From a virus (taxonomy: Duplodnaviria > Heunggongvirae > Uroviricota > Caudoviricetes), in IMG/VR virus record IMGVR_UViG_2667527717_000010, positions 1 to 5,646 of that record: 5,646 bases of DNA; one strand, given 5' to 3'. This document shows positions 1 through 5,103 of the stretch, piece after piece. Each line of letters starts with the position of its first letter. Within the stretch, counting starts at the first letter, position 1. The translations under genes and the position numbers were made by a program. The notes under the pieces are model-generated. The model ran no database searches, was not told where the DNA came from, and saw only the letters and a list, made by a program, of their open reading frames with translations.

Positions 1-2
1 CA

Positions 3-161
3 ACGTACGCCAAAACCGCCAGGTGCGTGGAAACGGGTGATTTTGCCCGGGCTTGGCAGGAAGGTGTTCGGATCTTCGGCGTTGATACGGCATTCCACCG
101 CATGGCCGCGAACGTGAACTTGAAGAGCGTGAGGCACTGGAAGCCAGGCAACAGGCCATGA
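3..161 (+). CDS. 3' end of an upstream ORF entering from the left edge (frame 3, open from position 3 to TGA 159-161); product unknown, possibly an upstream part of the exonuclease gene
   Basis: Frame 3 is open from the window edge and translates to a protein-like sequence (...[41 protein letters not shown]). Frames 1 and 2 both contain stops in this interval. No start is visible, so it is partial. Assignment is weak. Confidence 0.3.
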   Translation, partial: TYAKTARCVETGDFARAWQEGVRIFGVDTAFHRMAANVNLKSVRHWKPGNRP

Positions 162-217
162 TGGAAGGGCAGCAGGAGGGCGGACATGTCTCTCACTAAA
201 TTACTGCCGCTGCTGCC

Positions 218-502
218 ATGTATTGCGAGACCGCAGCGCTTGACCAGTTCTTCTGGATTTTCGTCAACAAAGACGAGAACTACCACTGGATCGCCATCAT
301 CGAGGCATCCGCCGAACTTCTGGAACTGGGCATGCTGGAGTACCGCAAGGCAATGCGCGCCATCGCTACCGGCTTTGACACTGGCGAGTGGCCAGCGCCG
401 ATCACCTCCGGTAACTCCGATGAAATAGCCGACTACACCGACGAACTGAACGATTTCGACACACGCCGCCTTGAAGCGCTGCGTACGGCACAAGGGGAAT
501 GA
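218..502 (+). CDS. C-terminal region of a lambda-Exo/YqaJ-type 5'-3' exonuclease; the N-terminal catalytic portion is absent from this frame, so this is probably a disrupted gene or remnant
   Basis: The translation contains WIFVNKD...HWIAIIE...GFDTGEW, which I match from memory to the lambda Exo C-terminus (WYFANYD...HYVVIE...GFVFGEQW). It sits immediately upstream of, and is coupled to, an annealing-protein gene, as in exo/SSAP pairs. Frame 2 is blocked by TAA 197-199 just upstream, there is no Shine-Dalgarno before ATG 218, and no frame is open across 1-217. Confidence 0.45.
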   Translation: MYCETAALDQFFWIFVNKDENYHWIAIIEASAELLELGMLEYRKAMRAIATGFDTGEWPAPITSGNSDEIADYTDELNDFDTRRLEALRTAQGE

Positions 503-1554
503 TGATGGAAAAAAACAACGTAGCAGTAATTGAACATAACGAACCGAGCACGATGAATAACACATCCCTGCTTCTGAATATCGACGTCATGGATCGCATG
601 ATGAAGCTAGCAGAGGTGATGTCTCAGGGCGTCGCGACAGTACCGAAACATCTACAGGGAAGACCTTCTGATTGTCTGGCAATAATCATGCAGGCCGCTC
701 GTTGGGGTATGGACCCATTTGTTGTAGGACAGAAAACACACCTGGTTAACGGGGCTCTGGGTTATGAAGCACAGCTTTACAACGCTTTAATCACCAGCTC
801 CAAAGTTGTACACGGGCGCTTTAAATACGAGTACGGCGGTGAGTGGGAAAAAATTGTTGGCAAAAAAGACGGGCGTGATGAATCAGGTTTGTTTGTTCGT
901 GTCGGAGCAGTTCTTCGAGGCGAGACAGAGGTGACCTGGGGAGAGCCAATTTACCTTGCTGATATTACTACGCGAAATTCCCCTTTGTGGAAAACCGCAC
1001 CTAAACAGCAAATAGGTTATTTGGCCGTTAAGTATTGGGCGAGGACTTACTGCCCTGAAGTCACAATGGGTGTTTATGACAGAGAAGATCTGGAACAACG
1101 AACAGAGCGCGAAATTAACCCTGCACCAATCCAACGAATGAGCGCTGCTGAAATCGCAGGTGACACCGTCACAACCACACAAAACACGCAGGAATCGTCA
1201 GTAAATATCGACTCACTGGCTGATGTTTTCCGCGAACGCATCAATGCTACGCAGGATGTAGACAGCGCCAAAGTAGTCCGGGCTGATATCGAAAGCGCGA
1301 AGGTCACACTCGGTTCGGCTCTGTTCACCGAACTGAAAAACAAGGCAGTGAAGCGCTATTACCTGGTAGATCACCGCAACAAAGTTGAAGCCGCGATCAA
1401 CTCCCTGCCGTCTCCGGACGAACCGAATGCAGCAGAACGGTTCGGAGAAGTTGAGCGAGCTCTTGCTGCGGCCAAACGTCACCTGGGTGACGAGCTGCAC
1501 GATCAGTTCAGCATCACCCTGGCAGATATGAAACCGGAATACATCACTGCATAA
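499..1554 (+). CDS. RecT/Bet (Red-beta)-family single-strand annealing recombinase, 351 aa
   Basis: Long ORF with the start overlapping the upstream stop (ATGATGATGG; the real start may be ATG 502 or 505, given the GGGGA at 494-498). Segment CLAIIMQAARWGMDPF..THLVNGALGYEAQL and later SPLWKTAPKQQIGYLAVKYWARTYCPEV resemble, from memory, conserved blocks of E. coli RecT and lambda Bet. Acidic C-terminal extension. Position matches a phage recombination module. Confidence 0.6.
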   Translation: MMMEKNNVAVIEHNEPSTMNNTSLLLNIDVMDRMMKLAEVMSQGVATVPKHLQGRPSDCLAIIMQAARWGMDPFVVGQKTHLVNGALGYEAQLYNALITSSKVVHGRFKYEYGGEWEKIVGKKDGRDESGLFVRVGAVLRGETEVTWGEPIYLADITTRNSPLWKTAPKQQIGYLAVKYWARTYCPEVTMGVYDREDLEQRTEREINPAPIQRMSAAEIAGDTVTTTQNTQESSVNIDSLADVFRERINATQDVDSAKVVRADIESAKVTLGSALFTELKNKAVKRYYLVDHRNKVEAAINSLPSPDEPNAAERFGEVERALAAAKRHLGDELHDQFSITLADMKPEYITA

Positions 1555-1569
1555 CGGAGGTGGTTGAAT

Positions 1570-1908
1570 ATGCCCAGATCAAACCCACCACAAAAGCAGG
1601 AGGCACTCATTCAGATAATCATCGAGGAAGTGAACCTGCGTGGTCGCCTGACCGTTAACCAGGCATCAGAGATGTTGTCGCTGCACCGTGGGACAACAGA
1701 AAAGTACTTTCGGGAAGCGACAATACGCGGTGGCCTTATTCGTCATGGACGCTGCGGCCTGTTCCGCGACCAGCGGGCTGTGCTTGATTTTGACTTACAG
1801 CGATTTTCGTACAACTCAGGAAAGTCCCTGGTGGATTTGCCGCCGGATTTTCGGGGAAGCGCGGTAATGCGCCGGGTTATTGAAATCGTGGGGAGGATGC
1901 CAGTATGA
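1570..1908 (+). CDS. Hypothetical small protein, about 112 aa, possibly with a helix-turn-helix-like segment
   Basis: ORF in the operon chain; GGAGG at 1556-1560 sits 9 nt before ATG 1570 (the ORF track begins at an in-frame TTG at 1564). Segment LTVNQASEMLSLHRGTTEKYF looks helix-turn-helix-like; no family recognised. Confidence 0.5.
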   Translation: MPRSNPPQKQEALIQIIIEEVNLRGRLTVNQASEMLSLHRGTTEKYFREATIRGGLIRHGRCGLFRDQRAVLDFDLQRFSYNSGKSLVDLPPDFRGSAVMRRVIEIVGRMPV

Positions 1909-2288
1909 CAATCGATAAACAGGCGCTGCGCCAATTAGCAACTGATGCGCACGAGCTTGGCATCATCAAGCGTTACACGAAAGGCATCGAGGCCAATAAG
2001 CGATTCATCGCCGCATTCAACCCGGCTACGGTGCTGGCGCTGCTGGATGAGCTGGAGAAAGATAACTGCTCAAACGTTCATTATGCTGACGCCGCCGAGA
2101 TGGAAATTGCAGCATTACGCCAGCGCATAGCAGAACTGCAAATTGCTCGAGACAAATGTTTCCTGAGCGGCCTGAAAACCGGCTGGGAATATGGCATTGC
2201 TGATGATACGGAAGGGTATAACCGTGAAATCGCTGATGCACAGGCAGTAATCGACCGCGCCGCTGGCATTGGCGTGAAGGGGGAATGA
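1905..2288 (+). CDS. Ead/Ea22-like prophage early-region protein, 127 aa
   Basis: ATG 1905 overlaps the upstream stop (ATGA). N-terminus MTIDKQALRQLA... and the NPATVLALLDELEK block match my recollection of the Ead/Ea22-like family common in enterobacterial lambdoid prophages. Confidence 0.5.
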   Translation: MTIDKQALRQLATDAHELGIIKRYTKGIEANKRFIAAFNPATVLALLDELEKDNCSNVHYADAAEMEIAALRQRIAELQIARDKCFLSGLKTGWEYGIADDTEGYNREIADAQAVIDRAAGIGVKGE

Positions 2289-2289
2289 G

Positions 2290-2472
2290 ATGGAACTAGT
2301 CATGTGGATATTCAAGTGCATAGGCGTAACTATTTGCCTGTTATCAGGGATACTGGTTACCGCTCTACTGGTGGGATTCGTAGCTCAATATTCCTGGGAA
2401 AAAATAAGGGTAGCTCATTCCGTTGTTGAAATTCAACGCGCCGTAAAGGCCTACAAAAACAAGAAGGACTAA
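2290..2472 (+). CDS. Small predicted membrane peptide, 60 aa, single N-terminal transmembrane helix and basic C-terminal tail
   Basis: ATG 2290 lies 1 nt after the upstream stop, preceded by AAGGGGGA. Hydrophobic stretch WIFKCIGVTICLLSGILVTALLVGFVA followed by a charged tail (KAYKNKKD). Confidence 0.45.
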   Translation: MELVMWIFKCIGVTICLLSGILVTALLVGFVAQYSWEKIRVAHSVVEIQRAVKAYKNKKD

Positions 2473-2589
2473 CCCATGACCACTATTACCAAAAAACAGC
2501 GTGCAGAGTTGCGCATGAAGTTCGGCGGTCGTTGTGCTTAGATTGGTAGCGCATGTCTGGCAGCACCGACACAAACAGAAGGATAACCG

Positions 2590-2847
2590 ATGTTCTGCCT
2601 GATTCAGCGTGGACAAATTTATACAGATTTTGACGGCTATCCTGTGACGATTTACCGCTGTGACGCCGACAGGATTGTGTATCGCCGTAATGACAGCCAA
2701 ATCCGTTCGGTTTCCACTGGTGAATTTAATGCGAAATTCGAGCGTATTGAATATCAGGAATATGCGCAGATAAAAGCCGAAATGGCCCGGGAGGAAAATA
2801 TCCGAAATTTACGCAATCAGGCCAGAGAAAATAAAGCAGCAGGATAA
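2590..2847 (+). CDS. Hypothetical protein, 85 aa
   Basis: ORF in the same orientation with AAGGA a few nt before ATG 2590; protein-like composition with a charged, helical-looking C-terminal half. No family recognised. Confidence 0.4.
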   Translation: MFCLIQRGQIYTDFDGYPVTIYRCDADRIVYRRNDSQIRSVSTGEFNAKFERIEYQEYAQIKAEMAREENIRNLRNQARENKAAG

Positions 2848-2939
2848 ACGCTGATATTGCCAGACAGTAAATAGAGGTAGAACGCTTAAAAACACCGCTC
2901 ACGCGGCGGGATTCGTGCAGCCTGAAAACGGAGGACATT

Positions 2940-3164
2940 GTGGACGCATTATTACGATACGCAACAAACAGAATTATCGAACTGGAGACCATGCTGTTAC
3001 CCGCAATACCGGAAATCATCCTTCGGGATTACCGTGGCAAGAAGTACACCAAGGACAAGCAAATTACTAGCTGTGGTAATGCGGTACCACCGCAGTTAGC
3101 TGAGGCGCTGGTGAGAGCTAACCTGCCTGAAATGTGTGTACAGCGTGAGGATCAGGCTGCATGA
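2940..3164 (+). CDS. 74-aa ORF carrying a cytosine-C5 DNA methyltransferase motif-X-like signature (SCGNAVPPQLAEALV); likely a C-terminal remnant of a prophage orphan methyltransferase, or a small methyltransferase-tail-like protein
   Basis: GTG start 5 nt after a strong GGAGG (2930-2934); the stop overlaps the next gene's ATG (ATGA at 3161-3164). GNAVPP followed by LA.A is the classic motif X of C5-methyltransferases (established knowledge). The in-frame upstream region is open only back to TAA 2868-2870, so there is no room for motifs I-VIII. Confidence 0.45.
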   Translation: MDALLRYATNRIIELETMLLPAIPEIILRDYRGKKYTKDKQITSCGNAVPPQLAEALVRANLPEMCVQREDQAA

Positions 3165-3514
3165 AAAAACATATCTGCATGTTTTGTGGTGAACCGGCCA
3201 CGCTGCTCTGCGATGGGAATCTCGGCTTTCCTCCAAAAGATGACCGTGGCAGAGAATGCATTGACGCATTCCACCAATATACCTGCGATGCGCCCATGTG
3301 CAGAAAATGTGGCACGCAGATGATGCGCATGTTCGTATCCGGGCGGAAACCTTATGCGGGGATCCACACAGTAGATCACTGCCCTATTTGTCTGCGTGAT
3401 CTGCCAACCTATCCAGCCCATGTGCGAAGGACATCTACTCGCAGGAGCAGGCAGAAGTTATCCGCGCTTCGCATTGGGCTGGTTACCAGAATGACCATAC
3501 GAAACGGCTGGTAA
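3161..3514 (+). CDS. Cys-rich putative zinc-ribbon protein, 117 aa, with a basic C-terminal tail; possibly a Lar/restriction-alleviation-like or other anti-defence protein
   Basis: Translationally coupled ORF. Three CxxC pairs (C6/C9, C47/C50, C74/C77) plus further Cys and His residues, and an Arg-rich C-terminal tail. It sits in the xis-proximal accessory position where Rac-type prophages carry ydaC/ralR-like genes. The functional label is inference. Confidence 0.5.
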   Translation: MKKHICMFCGEPATLLCDGNLGFPPKDDRGRECIDAFHQYTCDAPMCRKCGTQMMRMFVSGRKPYAGIHTVDHCPICLRDLPTYPAHVRRTSTRRSRQKLSALRIGLVTRMTIRNGW

Positions 3515-3578
3515 CTGAAAAAGGAGCTGAGCTGCAATCCTTTGATTTCTGGACCTGATCATCGTTGTTCAACCCCGG

Positions 3579-3609
3579 CCATCAGCTATTACGTATAGTG
3601 CGCTGATGG
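3579..3609. promoter_or_regulatory. Perfect 8-bp inverted repeat CCATCAGC-N15-GCTGATGG with a nested TACGTA palindrome in the only sizeable intergenic gap upstream of xis-int; candidate operator or regulatory hairpin
   Basis: Read directly: 3579-3586 CCATCAGC and 3602-3609 GCTGATGG are reverse complements; TACGTA at 3590-3595. A possible -35/-10 pair (TTGTTC 3565-3570, 16-bp spacer, TATTAC 3587-3592) overlaps the left arm. A second inverted repeat (GGTCAT 3608-3613, ATGACC 3628-3633) brackets the xis ribosome-binding site. Confidence 0.3.
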
Positions 3610-3634
3610 TCATAAAGTAAAAGAGACATGACCA

Positions 3635-3853
3635 ATGATTCAGCAAATCGTTTTTAATGAAGAATGGATGGTAGAAAAAAAACTACAGGATCGGACTGGT
3701 TTAAATGACCGCCAGATTGAGAAATACAGGCAAAATTGCTGGATTGAAGGGGTTCATTTTAAAAGAGTATCTCCCTTAGGAAACCTCAGAAGTTCTCGCG
3801 GAACGACCTGGTACAACTACCCCATGATTAACAAGTTTATTCAGGATTCCTAG
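3635..3853 (+). CDS. xis: Excisionase (Xis/AlpA-like winged-helix directionality factor), 72 aa
   Basis: Small basic ORF ending 2 nt before the int start codon. EEW...R.G...RQI.K.R...WIEG.HF pattern resembles lambda-type Xis (from memory); xis-int adjacency is canonical. Confidence 0.65.
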   Translation: MIQQIVFNEEWMVEKKLQDRTGLNDRQIEKYRQNCWIEGVHFKRVSPLGNLRSSRGTTWYNYPMINKFIQDS

Positions 3854-3855
3854 CG

Positions 3856-5103
3856 ATGGCTGCTTTACCAACAGGTGTAGAAATCAGAGGTAGTAGCATC
3901 TGTATCTGGTTTATGTACAGAGGAAAACGTTGCCGCGAAACTCTCAGAGGATGGAGCATAACACCTGCTAATATCAGAAAAGCAGGTAATCTGCGCTCAA
4001 TTATCGTCAGTGAAATCAACATGGGCGAGTTCGACTACCAGACTCGCTTCCCATCCTCCAAAAAAGCAATAAAAATTGTCACTACGGTTTCAGTCAGAAC
4101 TCTAGGCGAACTCTGTGATCTGTGGCTGTCGATAAAAGAGACTGAACTGGCGGCTAACACCTTGCGCAAAACCAGCTCGCAGCTCGACACGCTGAAATTC
4201 ATTATCAATAAAAACACGCCACTTTCGACGATTCGCCACAGCGACATTCTGAACTACCGCAACGAGCTGCTAAACGGAGAGACAAATTACCGAAACGCCA
4301 CGAGAGGAAATAAAACCGGCCGTACCGCGCGCACGGTTGATAATTACATTTCCCTGCTCTGCTCCCTGCTCCGTTTTGCGCAGCACTCAGGGTTTATTAA
4401 GCACAAACCTTTTGAGGGGGTTCGGAAGCTGCAAAAAGCCCGGATCAAACCGGACCCGCTCACAAAGCAGGAGTTTGCACAGTTGATGGAAGCAGAATAC
4501 GGCCAGAGCCAGAATCTGTGGAAATTTGCAGTATATACGGGCCTTCGTCATGGTGAACTTGCTGCGCTGGCGTGGGAGGATGTGGATCTCGAGGCGGGAA
4601 CAGTCAGCGTGTGCCGTAATCTGACCATTATCGGTACCTTCGGGCCGCCAAAGACAGATGCAGGCTACCGGACAATAAAGCTGCTGGAACCTGCGTTGGA
4701 AGCGTTGAAAGCACAGCGTGAACTTACCGCCCTCCAGCCAAAGTCAAAAATCGTTTTTAACCACCGTGAATATGGAAGGACAGAAACCCAGCGCGTGCAC
4801 TTTGTTTTCATGCCAAGGATGCGTAAAGGCGAGCAAAAACCGTATTACAGCGTATCGAGCATCGGGCACCGTTGGAACGCTGCCGTAAAACGTGCTGGCA
4901 TTCGTCGTCGGAATCCATATCACACACGGCATACTTTCGCCTGCTGGTTGTTATCCGCCGGTGCAAACCCGTCGTTTATCGCAAGTCAGATGGGACATGA
5001 AAATGCACAAATGGTTTATGAAGTATATGCAACATGGATGGATGATATGAACAAAGATCAAATTGAACTAATTAATAGAAACTTACTAAACTCTTTATTT
5101 TAA
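3856..5103 (+). CDS. int: Lambda-family tyrosine integrase (site-specific recombinase), 415 aa
   Basis: N-terminal arm-binding-type block LPTGVEIRG...WFMYRGKRCRETL; catalytic-domain signatures RHGELAALAWEDVDL, HTRHTFACWLLSAGANP and the terminal Tyr region MVYEVYATW (R...H-x-x-R...Y of tyrosine recombinases). Overall resemblance to Rac-type IntR is from recollection. Confidence 0.9.
   Translation: MAALPTGVEIRGSSICIWFMYRGKRCRETLRGWSITPANIRKAGNLRSIIVSEINMGEFDYQTRFPSSKKAIKIVTTVSVRTLGELCDLWLSIKETELAANTLRKTSSQLDTLKFIINKNTPLSTIRHSDILNYRNELLNGETNYRNATRGNKTGRTARTVDNYISLLCSLLRFAQHSGFIKHKPFEGVRKLQKARIKPDPLTKQEFAQLMEAEYGQSQNLWKFAVYTGLRHGELAALAWEDVDLEAGTVSVCRNLTIIGTFGPPKTDAGYRTIKLLEPALEALKAQRELTALQPKSKIVFNHREYGRTETQRVHFVFMPRMRKGEQKPYYSVSSIGHRWNAAVKRAGIRRRNPYHTRHTFACWLLSAGANPSFIASQMGHENAQMVYEVYATWMDDMNKDQIELINRNLLNSLF

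Noticed and set aside
186-428. 80-aa + strand ORF (frame 3) behind a strong AGGAGGG ribosome-binding-site-like sequence
   Set aside because: Its translation is Pro/Ser/Thr/Arg-rich low-complexity typical of an off-frame read, and it overlaps the more protein-like exonuclease-like frame 218-502. The ribosome-binding-site-like sequence is noted in the exonuclease finding as evidence of frame disruption rather than a real gene.
402-2321. Minus-strand ORFs of 61-99 aa (402-599, 883-1182, 1074-1343, 1213-1500, 1743-1934, 2026-2241, 2081-2269, 2115-2321) and the + strand ORF 1945-2130
   Set aside because: All lie inside stronger, co-directional + strand genes, lack ribosome-binding sites and have skewed, low-complexity composition; they are most likely antisense or off-frame shadow ORFs.
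2365-3421. Minus-strand ORFs 2365-2700, 2726-3019, 3118-3330 and 3152-3421
   Set aside because: They overlap the + strand accessory ORFs, are Cys/His-rich or otherwise odd in composition, and have no start-site signals; treated as shadow ORFs.
3837-4932. Minus-strand ORFs inside int (3837-4022, 4035-4247, 4744-4932)
   Set aside because: They are embedded antisense in a confidently identified integrase gene.
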